Origin: Blastocatellia bacterium
Lineage (GTDB): Bacteria > Acidobacteriota > Blastocatellia > UBA7656
Direction of reading: 5' to 3'
Assembly: GCA_963765495.1 (NCBI GenBank)
Contig: CAVXWP010000007.1
Location: 544,001 to 608,000, forward strand
DNA length: 64,000 bases
How positions within the stretch are numbered: position 1 is the first letter of the stretch; the number at the start of each line of letters is the position of its first letter. The translations under genes and the position numbers were made by a program. The notes under the pieces are model-generated. The model ran no database searches and had not been told where the DNA came from. It saw only the letters and a list, made by a program, of their open reading frames with translations. Positions 18,901 through 26,295 of this stretch are shown piece by piece.

Positions 18901-21667
18901 CACGACAGGGACGGTCTCATCGACCGGGGTCGTCACAGAGAACACGGGTGTGTCGGGGAGGCTCCGACTTGTGGTCGATTTCCAGAATCCGCTGATATTC
19001 ACAGGGCAGCAGACGCTGATAATATTGAGGTTCGATGTGGTAGGGACACAGGGACAGATGAGCGGGCTCAACTGGTTCTTCACGGAATTTGGGAGCGGCC
19101 CACCTGCCGTCACCACCACGACTACAAACGGCAACTTCACCGTCACAAGCCCCACTGCCGTAAAAGTCGATGCCTTCAAGGCCACGGGCTTTGACAAGGG
19201 CGTATATCTCCAGTGGCAGACCGGGTTTGAATCTACTAACCTCGGCTTCAACATCTATCGCCAGCAGGCGGGCAAACTCTCTCTTGTTACGCCTGAAATA
19301 TTGGCCGGGTCGGCGCTTTTGACAGGTGACACGCCCTTGCTTGCCGGGCGGAAATATTCGTGGTGGGATAATTCACCCGATAGTAAACAGGACGCGCTCT
19401 ATTATCTGGAAGACATTGACCTCAACGGCACAAGGAGCCTGCACGGGCCGATAGTTGCAACCAGAGCATCAGGCAATCCGCCTGCTGGCTCTCGGGCCGA
19501 GTTGTTGAGCCGGATGGGCAGAGGCAAGGCTACAATCAGCGACTACGTCGCTTCCTCCTCCCCTGGCAGCGCCCAACTGGCAACCGTTTCCTCAAAGAAA
19601 GGATTACAAAACTCCAGGCGAGAGACAGTGCCTGTTGATCTGGCGACCTCCTCTGCCATAAAGATGTGGATAGGCAATAGCGGGCTCTATCGCCTCACTC
19701 AGCCGCAACTGCTGAGCGCCGGCCTCGATTCCGGGATAGATCCGCGACTCTTGCAGATGTATGTCGACGGGCAGGAGGTTCCAATCCTTGTCACTGGCCA
19801 GGAGGACGGAAGATTTGATGCCACGGACACAGTGGAATTCTACGCTTCGGCAATCGACAGCCCGTTCACCTCGAAGCGGGTCTACTGGCTTGTGGCAGGG
19901 ACAGTGGCGGGAAGACGGATAACAAAAGTGACGAGTCCCGGGAAGGGGCAGAGCAACGCTAGTTTTACCTCGACCCTGGAGCGACGAGACAAGACGATCT
20001 ACTTTTCGAGTTTGAGGAACGGGGATGAGGAGAACTTCTTTGGGCCGGTCATAGCCTCGCAGGAAGTCGATCAGTCGATAGATGTGAAAGATATGGCAGC
20101 GGGAGGAGGAACTGGGGCAGTGCTTGAAGTGGGATTACAGGGAGTAAGTGCGGTCAACCATCGAGTAAAAGTGAGGTTGAACGGGACGGAGTTGGGAGAG
20201 GTAGATTACAGTGGGCAGGGAGCAGGAGTAGGGAGATTCACACTCTCAAGCGGGCAACTGGTGGAAGGAAGAAACGACATCAAGATGGAGGGGGTGGGAA
20301 CAGGAGGAGATGTGAGCCTGGCCGAGTATGTGAGAGTGAGCTATGAGAGGAGGTACAAGGCGGAAGGAGATGAGTTGAGATTCCGAGCAGAGGGGGGCCA
20401 GGAGGTAAAGATAGGAGGGTTCACAAGCGAACGGATACGAGTATTTGATGTAACGGAGGAAGGGAATGTAGTGGAGATAGGAGGAGCGATAGAAGAGAGC
20501 GGGAACGGGTATGAGATAGGGATCAAGGTAGGAGGAGCAGGAGAGAGAGAGATGATGGCGATAGAGGAAGGGGAGGTGAGAGAGGTAGGAGAGATGAGAA
20601 AGAACGAGGCGTCGAAGCTGAGAGCGACGAGCCAGGGAGCGGACCTGTTGATAATCACGACGGGAGAGATGGGAGGAAGTCTGGAAGGGTTGAAGGCGCT
20701 GAGACAGAGTCAGGGGATGGCGGTAGCGATAGTGAAGGTGGAAGACATCTATGACGAGTTCAGCCAGGGAGAGAAGACGCCGTATGCGATAAGAGAATTT
20801 CTGATATATGCGAAGAGGAACTGGAAGAGGAAGCCGGGATATGTGTTGATGGGAGGGGATGCGAGTTACGACCCGAAGAATTATCTGGGAGCGGGGGAAT
20901 GGGATCTGGTGCCGACGAAGTTGGTGGACACGGCGTATCTGGAGACGGCCTCAGATGAATGGATGGTGGACGAGGATGGAGACGGGATAGGAGAGATGGC
21001 GATAGGGCGACTGCCGATAAGGAGCGAGGAAGAAGGGATGAGGATGGTAGGGAAGATAATGAGTTATGAGAGAGGAGTATCGAGGAGGAGTGTGTTATTG
21101 GTATCGGATGCGAATGATGGATACAACTTTGAGCAGGCGAACGAAGAGTTGAAGGGGATGATACCGAAGGGGACGAGGATAGAAGAGGTAAAGAGGGGGC
21201 AGATGAGCGAGGAGGAAGCGAGGGCGAGGGTGATAGGAGGGATAAACGAAGGGCAGGCGATAGTGAGTTATGCAGGGCACGGGTCGGTGGATATATGGAG
21301 AGGAGAGATATTGAGGAGCGAGGATGGAGAGATAATGAGGAATGGTAATCAGTTGAGTGTATTTCTGATGATGACGTGTTTGAACGGATATTTTGAGGAT
21401 CCGATGTTGGAGAGTTTGGGAGAGGCGATGATGAAGGCGGAGAGGGGAGGAGCGGTAGCGGTATGGGGGTCGAGCGGGATGTGTGAAGCGGGAGAGCAGG
21501 CGGCAGTGAGCAAGGAGATGATGAGGGAGCTAAACAGTGTGGAGGGGTTGACGAAGAAGAAGGTGACGATAGGAGAAGCGGCGAGGAGGGCGAAGGGGAG
21601 GATAGGAGATGTGGATGTAAGGAGGACGTACGTGTTGTTGGGAGACCCGACTATGCGCCTCAGATAA
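15920..21667 (+). CDS. Giant secreted protein: Cys-rich NDTC repeats, PPC-like ETEPNN domains, dockerin-like and cohesin-like domains, Ig-like domain and PorU-like C25 peptidase module
   Basis: GAGGAG RBS and signal/TM segment. PANDTCA and PVNDTCA repeats; ETEANNT and ETEPNNT repeats. Duplicated AQDIG(I/F)LRR with GDTDNNG. Cohesin-like ISFDPSVL...LRFDVVG. Junction SPTAVKVDAF...QWQTGFESTNLGFNIYR. C25 motifs SYAGHG, MTCLNG and LLGDPTMRLR. Confidence 0.85.
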   Translation: MRVSIKRARHLGSLAIIVVGLAGWLVLPGLLGRATTSAHIGEQGLSKGAQVEAGLDPQRQKALENLYAQFTAGAPFSREESNILTRFGAGEKIYDLEADIVISRALYAYYILGKALTRDQQVLLDRYSSAVAHRNTDIADLKEQLQQRRKAAAANAPPRTTPEVAPANDTCAGAQVVPAAGPFPFLTTTVDITDATGTNEPALPTCTSPASPPDPTVVTRGVWYTFTPSATATYTLATCAEAPTATTVDDTVMAIYTSTGGCAGPFTQLANDSGDIDGCNDDSCVTLQSSLQSQITTRLNASTTYYIVISLYGSDPPITGMTNVQMRITKENPPVNDTCATAPSLSLNTPVTGSLIAAQNDYQLNNSGCFSGVGQTPSTAAGRDVVYSFTAPSAGTYSFRVTKYNGSESDLVMYAASTCPAATPGTPVTVSGCLGASNRFVSDFFGGPFSSEEITCLSLTASQQIFIFVDQDSLSTGSTFTIEANQCVRETEANNTPATANPFVCGIEGSITPAGDADFYSLGTFTSGSRLFALVDGVAANGDDFDLRVTTTTDTLEYDDIDSTEAFGDNSGTVAGTPLTSAATFLRVSYFDPSTASEPYRVYAAVQPPIASATSETEPNNTIGTANSAANNYFTGTLSGPSPSTDIDIYSFTGQAGDLVFIGLDGDPLRNNTPINARLALLDSSGNLILEVNNNNSFSNTTSGAGSLTSTTPNSPAESIVFRVMTGGTYYARVAIDSFATGAVASGDYLLSIAKNCTTGPSVSNSISGTISYCIDNSKKVPNATVQTTSGSPSASTTTNASGFYQLDNLGTGPYTVAPSKTGAVSGISAQDIGILRRLAAGIDTPTPCQSIAGDTDNNGSLGAQDIGFLRRFVAQLTTTGITGSWKFSPASRSYPSLVSNQTNQDYDALLIGDVDGNWTPAAPDPASFQKSQAPSATNLALSLPSVVAPPGSTDVSIPVMVNGTLTNGDFVLGYTIEISFDPSVLVPHSPSFNTTGTVSSTGVVTENTGVSGRLRLVVDFQNPLIFTGQQTLIILRFDVVGTQGQMSGLNWFFTEFGSGPPAVTTTTTNGNFTVTSPTAVKVDAFKATGFDKGVYLQWQTGFESTNLGFNIYRQQAGKLSLVTPEILAGSALLTGDTPLLAGRKYSWWDNSPDSKQDALYYLEDIDLNGTRSLHGPIVATRASGNPPAGSRAELLSRMGRGKATISDYVASSSPGSAQLATVSSKKGLQNSRRETVPVDLATSSAIKMWIGNSGLYRLTQPQLLSAGLDSGIDPRLLQMYVDGQEVPILVTGQEDGRFDATDTVEFYASAIDSPFTSKRVYWLVAGTVAGRRITKVTSPGKGQSNASFTSTLERRDKTIYFSSLRNGDEENFFGPVIASQEVDQSIDVKDMAAGGGTGAVLEVGLQGVSAVNHRVKVRLNGTELGEVDYSGQGAGVGRFTLSSGQLVEGRNDIKMEGVGTGGDVSLAEYVRVSYERRYKAEGDELRFRAEGGQEVKIGGFTSERIRVFDVTEEGNVVEIGGAIEESGNGYEIGIKVGGAGEREMMAIEEGEVREVGEMRKNEASKLRATSQGADLLIITTGEMGGSLEGLKALRQSQGMAVAIVKVEDIYDEFSQGEKTPYAIREFLIYAKRNWKRKPGYVLMGGDASYDPKNYLGAGEWDLVPTKLVDTAYLETASDEWMVDEDGDGIGEMAIGRLPIRSEEEGMRMVGKIMSYERGVSRRSVLLVSDANDGYNFEQANEELKGMIPKGTRIEEVKRGQMSEEEARARVIGGINEGQAIVSYAGHGSVDIWRGEILRSEDGEIMRNGNQLSVFLMMTCLNGYFEDPMLESLGEAMMKAERGGAVAVWGSSGMCEAGEQAAVSKEMMRELNSVEGLTKKKVTIGEAARRAKGRIGDVDVRRTYVLLGDPTMRLR

Positions 21668-21783
21668 CGGCTCTGACATTTTGAAAAGAGCGGATTATGC
21701 AAAGCAGGTTTGTATTTTGACGAATGGGGGATGTGGTATTGTCTGTTCTGGATTTACCTCGGCATAAAGTGAGAACCACCTGA

Positions 21784-22608
21784 ATGGAGAAAATTGACCG
21801 CCTGGGCTGGGCGGATGGGATCTCTTTTACCTCCTATGGTGTGCGGATAGGTATTAGAGTAAACAGGACCGAAGCTCTTGAGCGCATAAAAGAGCATTTG
21901 CCTCCGGGATGGAAGTTCTCGCGGGCAAAGATCGTTGATCGGTTGTATTCGCTCATAATTGGCGGCTCGGGAGCGAAGCCTAATGTCCGCCGCTTCAATA
22001 TACTTTATGCCGATCTGTTAAAGATCGCTCGAACGCTCGATCTGGATGCTGTGCTTGATACGCTCGAATCGGATTTGCAGCTTTATGTTGCAGAAGAGGC
22101 GCGTCGGAGAGTCTTTGTGCATGCGGGCGTCGTCGCATGGGACGGGCAGGCCATAGTAATCCCCGGACGCAGCCATTCGGGGAAGACCACTCTGGTGACG
22201 GAATTCGTGCGAGCCGGAGCAGTTTATTATTCGGATGAATATGCAGTACTCGATCAACAGGGGCGCGTCCATCCTTATCCTCGCCCGCTTGGAATAAGGG
22301 AAGGCGACTCCAGCAAACAGACAAAATATCCTGTGGAAGAGATAGGCGGTAGGGCCGGGATTAAGCCCTTGCCAGTTGGAATGGTGGTGGTAAGCAAGTA
22401 TAGAAATGGGGCGCGGTGGCGGCCTCGTAAACTGACTCCCGGGCAGGGGGCGCTGGCTTTACTCGACAATACGGTCTCTGCCCGCAGACAGCCGGAAAAG
22501 GCCCTTTCAGCCTTCAAACACATAGTGCCTCAGGCGGTTGTGCTTAAGGGCGAAAGAGGTGAAGCCAGCGAGGTTGTTAACTCGATATTAACTAGGATAA
22601 TGGCTTGA
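21784..22608 (+). CDS. HprK-related (HPr kinase-like) P-loop kinase
   Basis: FVHAGVV...IPGRSHSGKTTL (Walker A)...YYSDEYAVL...PYPRPL. This is the HPr kinase-like signature of kinases in PqqD-associated cassettes. Confidence 0.8.
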   Translation: MEKIDRLGWADGISFTSYGVRIGIRVNRTEALERIKEHLPPGWKFSRAKIVDRLYSLIIGGSGAKPNVRRFNILYADLLKIARTLDLDAVLDTLESDLQLYVAEEARRRVFVHAGVVAWDGQAIVIPGRSHSGKTTLVTEFVRAGAVYYSDEYAVLDQQGRVHPYPRPLGIREGDSSKQTKYPVEEIGGRAGIKPLPVGMVVVSKYRNGARWRPRKLTPGQGALALLDNTVSARRQPEKALSAFKHIVPQAVVLKGERGEASEVVNSILTRIMA

Positions 22609-22625
22609 ATTATTAAAGGTTTTGA

Positions 22626-22655
22626 TTGACTTTTTCAGGCATTACGTTGTATAAC
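22626..22655 (+). promoter_or_regulatory. Putative internal sigma70 promoter for the PqqD-peptide gene
   Basis: TTGACT-18 bp-TATAAC; GGAG RBS before the ATG at 22709. Confidence 0.55.
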
Positions 22656-22708
22656 CCAAGCACGTGAAAAACGATGCTTATAGCTGCTTTTAAGCTCATG
22701 GAGAGTAT

Positions 22709-23188
22709 ATGAAGAATACAGATCAAGTTTTACCGCTCGCTCGGAAGGACGGACTGGTTGTTCAAGAGTTACCTGATGAAGTATTAATCTATGATTTAGA
22801 TCGACATAAAGCTCATTGCCTCAATCCAACTGCTGCTCTTGTCTGGAATCATTGCGACGGCCAGATGACTATGACCGAGATGATAGGTATCCTGAAGGAA
22901 GAAACACACTCTCCAATAGATGAGGATGTGGTGTGGCTGGCTCTTGATCAATTAGCCAAAACCCATCTGTTATCTGAGCAGGTAATCCGGCCTACAGGAA
23001 GCGGGAAACTCAATCGAAGAGACGTGATGCGACGCATAGGCTGGGCAGCGGCAGTGGCACTTCCACTGGTCACAAGCATCGTCGCCCCATCTGCGGTTCA
23101 GGCCGTGACCTGTAGAGCACCCGGACAACCCTGCACTACAGGCGTGCAATGCTGTTCAGGTGTGTGCAACACTACAACGTGCGCGTAG
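22709..23188 (+). CDS. PqqD/RRE-domain protein fused to a twin-arginine leader and a Cys-rich peptide (putative RiPP precursor)
   Basis: Residues 1-90: ELPDEVLIYDLDRHKAHCLNPTAALVWNHCDG...LDQLAKTHLL (PqqD fold). Then NRRDVMRR, a hydrophobic stretch, AVQA and VTCRAPGQPCTTGVQCCSGVCNTTTCA. Confidence 0.85.
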   Translation: MKNTDQVLPLARKDGLVVQELPDEVLIYDLDRHKAHCLNPTAALVWNHCDGQMTMTEMIGILKEETHSPIDEDVVWLALDQLAKTHLLSEQVIRPTGSGKLNRRDVMRRIGWAAAVALPLVTSIVAPSAVQAVTCRAPGQPCTTGVQCCSGVCNTTTCA

Positions 23189-23257
23189 TCCGAATACGCC
23201 GTCTATCAACTGACATTATCGGCTGCTGCCTCTATCGGTGAGTGAAGGTCTATCTTC

Positions 23258-24328
23258 ATGGTCGAGGCCGACGCAGATAATTCACTTGGAGAACAGGTTT
23301 CAGCCGTCCTTACTGGAGCCTGGCGTTGTGATCCTCCTGTTCCCGACTTTTCAGTTCGAGAATTGAGTGAAGTCGCTCCCCTGCTTTTAGGGTCCGGGGG
23401 AGCGGCTTTGGGCTGGTGGCGAGTTCGCCTATCTCATCTTAAAGACTCTCCTGCGGCGCTGGAACTGCAACACGCCTATCGCATTCATACGTTGAATTCC
23501 TTTGTGCACGAACGGGCGATAAAAGAGGTTTTCGCGCTCTTGCGCTCGGCGGGGATCGAGCCTGTGCTCGTTAAAGGCTGGGCGATTGCCCGCCTCTATC
23601 CTGAAAAATGTCTCCGCCCTTACGGAGACCTCGACCTTTGCTTTCGGCCCGAACAATACGAGCAGGCTTCGGATGTGCTGGAGAGTCCCGAGGGCAGGCA
23701 TTACAACGTAGACGCGCACGAAGGGTTTGCCAAACTCGACGATTACAGCGTAGACGAATTGTACAGTCGTTCCGAGTTGATAGCTCTGGATAACATCGAA
23801 GTGCGCGTGTTGGGGCCTGAAGATCATCTTCGCATTCTGTGCGTGCACCTGCTCAGGCATGGGGCGTTTCGGCCTTCGTGGTTGTGCGACATCGCGGTGG
23901 CGCTCGAAAATCGACCCGCCGACTTCGATTGGAATCGATGTCTTGGAAAAGAGACCCGAAAGGCCGGCTGGGTTGTCTCATCGCTCGCTCTTGCCCATAG
24001 ATTACTGGGCGCGAGAGTGGATGATACTCCGGCAGCGGGCGCAAGCGCGCGGCTTCCGTCCTGGCTGGTTGCGCACGTCCTCAAGCAATGGGAAGCCCCC
24101 TATCCGGCGCTCTACCCGCCGATGAGTTATTATCCCCCGTTGATTACTTACTTCCGTCATCCGGCTGGATTTCTGAAGGCTCTTCGCAAGCGATGGCCCG
24201 ACCCGCTTGAGGCTACGATAAGATTGGAAAGACCGATAGATGAAGCCCCGCGGCTCCCTTATCAGATAGGTTATTGTCTCTTGCGATTAAAGAACTTTCT
24301 GGCGAGCCTGCTGAAATCATCCGAATGA
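23258..24328 (+). CDS. Nucleotidyltransferase family protein (NTP_transf_5-like)
   Basis: GIEPVLVKGWAIARLYP...RPYGDLDL...VDAH...PEDHLRILCVH...WLCDIA motifs. Confidence 0.8.
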   Translation: MVEADADNSLGEQVSAVLTGAWRCDPPVPDFSVRELSEVAPLLLGSGGAALGWWRVRLSHLKDSPAALELQHAYRIHTLNSFVHERAIKEVFALLRSAGIEPVLVKGWAIARLYPEKCLRPYGDLDLCFRPEQYEQASDVLESPEGRHYNVDAHEGFAKLDDYSVDELYSRSELIALDNIEVRVLGPEDHLRILCVHLLRHGAFRPSWLCDIAVALENRPADFDWNRCLGKETRKAGWVVSSLALAHRLLGARVDDTPAAGASARLPSWLVAHVLKQWEAPYPALYPPMSYYPPLITYFRHPAGFLKALRKRWPDPLEATIRLERPIDEAPRLPYQIGYCLLRLKNFLASLLKSSE

Positions 24329-24331
24329 TGC

Positions 24332-24434
24332 GTAAAGAGTGAAGAGTGATGCGTGCCTTTCAGGCAATCAACTGTTAACCATCTCATCGCTGACTTCATA
24401 AATCACGAATCACGTATCGCTCCTCACTCTTTAC
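24332..24434. repeat. 24-bp imperfect inverted repeat between convergent genes
   Basis: GTAAAGAGTGAAGAGTGATGCGTG (24332-24355) and CACGTATCGCTCCTCACTCTTTAC (24411-24434), 3 mismatches. Confidence 0.65.
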
Positions 24435-24441
24435 ATTTCAT

Positions 24442-25758
24442 CTAATCTGCCGCGCTTGCCTTCTCCGTGATTATTGATGTCGATTCGAACAGAAGCGACT
24501 GCAAGAGGAGCGAATCGTGGAAGGATGAGTATATATCCTCAAACTCATCCTGCAACTGAGTGGCATATTCTGCCGGATATGATCTTTCGACCTCCTGTTT
24601 TATCTGCTCAATCGAAAGACCCCGCAAAAGGCACCGGAGTATGAACAAACAATCCTCATCGAAGTAGTCCATACCGAGTATATTTGGCTCTGCCGATCCC
24701 AGCACTTTCGTGGTTGAAAACTCCATCACCCAATCGGCAACCGTGTCGACAGAATCCTTTTCGGGAAAGCGTTGCTTGACCAGATCGAGGATCATCTCTC
24801 TTTGCGGCACGTTCAGCAGCAACGCCATAAAGAATCGGTGGTCGCTTTCGGTCAAATAGGCCCTTCGTCTCGACATATTTAACTGTCTCTGGAGTTCGGC
24901 AAAGACCCGGGGAACAATATCCATCAACTGCCCATGCTTGAGGCGGGCCTTTTCGAGCAGCTTATTGAAGCGTTCTCTGCCGGTCGAAAGCTGAAATATG
25001 CGTTCCATCTCGTCGGAGGTCAGGTGTTGAAATGCCGTATAGAGTATCGAAAAAGAGGTGTGAAAATCTGAGTGAGCGATCATCTCACTGATCATGGAAT
25101 CGGCGTCCTGATGCTTCATCCTGAGGAGCAGGGCGGCGCTCTGAACCTTCTTTGTGGATGAGATTTCAGCAAAGAAAGGATTCGAGGCAATATAAGGTTT
25201 CAGATATTCAAACTGCGGCAACACGCCGGGGGTTTGATAGGTTCTGATTGTGATAGTCGTCGATGGTCTGTCAAGATGAAACAGCGAGTGTATGTAGCGG
25301 TCGCCGGGCAATATCTTTCTGATCTGGCCCTTCTTCAGCAACTCGACCTCCTTAAAAACAGTCTGCCCGACCTGAAGATGAGAGTTTATCTCAACCTCCC
25401 GGTTGAATCCGTACTGGCTGTGGATGCTCGACCCGGAGAGCACCTGAAAGGCCCCTGAAAAGGCGTGCTGATGGATGCTTGTGGTTCCATCGAGCCAGTA
25501 ATAGATATCTATATAAAACCGTGGTCCGCTATAGAGCGTGATCGGGGGGTCGCCGAAACGGGCGTCAATGTCTTGCTGCGGAGGAATCTGTATGGCTTTG
25601 CCAAGCCACTCGATTATGTTCCAGGGGTCGACCTGCTCGCTCGGATTGGTTTCGGCGAGCGCCTGCGCAGCAATGTCGGGGAATATATCTTCGTTATAAT
25701 TTTTGTCTCTCCATCGCTGTTCTACAAGCGATCCGAGTCTCTGAAAAAAGTCCATCAT
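24442..25758 (-). CDS. Hypothetical protein with an N-terminal cupin-like (cysteine dioxygenase-like) domain
   Basis: 438 aa with a GGAGG RBS. TSIHQHAFSGAFQVLSG and YIHSLFH fit the HxH...H cupin metal site; the C-terminal half looks helical. Confidence 0.65.
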   Translation of the reverse strand: MMDFFQRLGSLVEQRWRDKNYNEDIFPDIAAQALAETNPSEQVDPWNIIEWLGKAIQIPPQQDIDARFGDPPITLYSGPRFYIDIYYWLDGTTSIHQHAFSGAFQVLSGSSIHSQYGFNREVEINSHLQVGQTVFKEVELLKKGQIRKILPGDRYIHSLFHLDRPSTTITIRTYQTPGVLPQFEYLKPYIASNPFFAEISSTKKVQSAALLLRMKHQDADSMISEMIAHSDFHTSFSILYTAFQHLTSDEMERIFQLSTGRERFNKLLEKARLKHGQLMDIVPRVFAELQRQLNMSRRRAYLTESDHRFFMALLLNVPQREMILDLVKQRFPEKDSVDTVADWVMEFSTTKVLGSAEPNILGMDYFDEDCLFILRCLLRGLSIEQIKQEVERSYPAEYATQLQDEFEDIYSSFHDSLLLQSLLFESTSIITEKASAAD

Positions 25759-25856
25759 CCTACCTCCAGAAGTTCCTTTGGCTGAGGAAGAATATCTCTA
25801 ATCTCGATTGCTGGCAACAAGGCGATGAGTATTGGCCGGGCGATTTTTTTATGGTA

Positions 25857-25886
25857 TTGACAATTGGGAAATGCCCACATTATGCT
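25857..25886 (+). promoter_or_regulatory. Putative sigma70 promoter of the polysaccharide locus
   Basis: TTGACA-18 bp-TATGCT. Confidence 0.55.
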
Positions 25887-26295
25887 TTTTCGCGCTTTAG
25901 GTTTCCGAACAAGATGAGGTCGCCAGGAGCGATCAGGGGTGCAGATAAGATCAAAGCTTTTGGAGAAGTATTGTTCGTCTCACCTTAGGAAGCGCGCGCG
26001 GAGAAATCCAGGAAAATTGAAGAGAATGGAGACTCGCAGATTGTGCTTGTCTGTCGAGCGTCCTTGATGATTCCAGAATTTGCTCGTAACATCTCAGCAT
26101 CAAACTCCCCCTTAAGAACTCATAAGGATGCTGTTTTGACAAACTGAATTGCCGTCGTGTCGGCTTCCCTCGCGGGCTTACCTTTCAAAGGGCGTAGCCT
26201 GCTCAAAACGCCGCAATACGAAGGGTAATTTTCGACTGCCCCCAGGCCCGGCCCATTCGATCAATGATCAGGTTCCTCAGGAAATCGTAATACTA

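Noticed and set aside
19880-21655. Diversity-generating retroelement or low-complexity junk as the cause of the purine tract
   Set aside because: No reverse transcriptase or TR/VR pair is seen, and the tract still encodes an alignable C25 domain.
3003-21667. Canonical T9SS cargo or autotransporters
   Set aside because: The proteins end at GDP.MRL with no T9SS CTD or beta-barrel, and no por/gld/spr genes are in the window.
21784-24328. Lasso peptide or PQQ biosynthesis cluster
   Set aside because: No asparagine-synthetase-like cyclase, B2 protease or pqqBCE genes are present, and the core has no Asp/Glu for a macrolactam.
26187-26199. ops/JUMPstart-like AAAGGGCGTAGCC upstream of the glycan locus
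   Set aside because: It is an imperfect match to GGCGGTAG and no NusG paralogue is in the window, so it is too weak to call.
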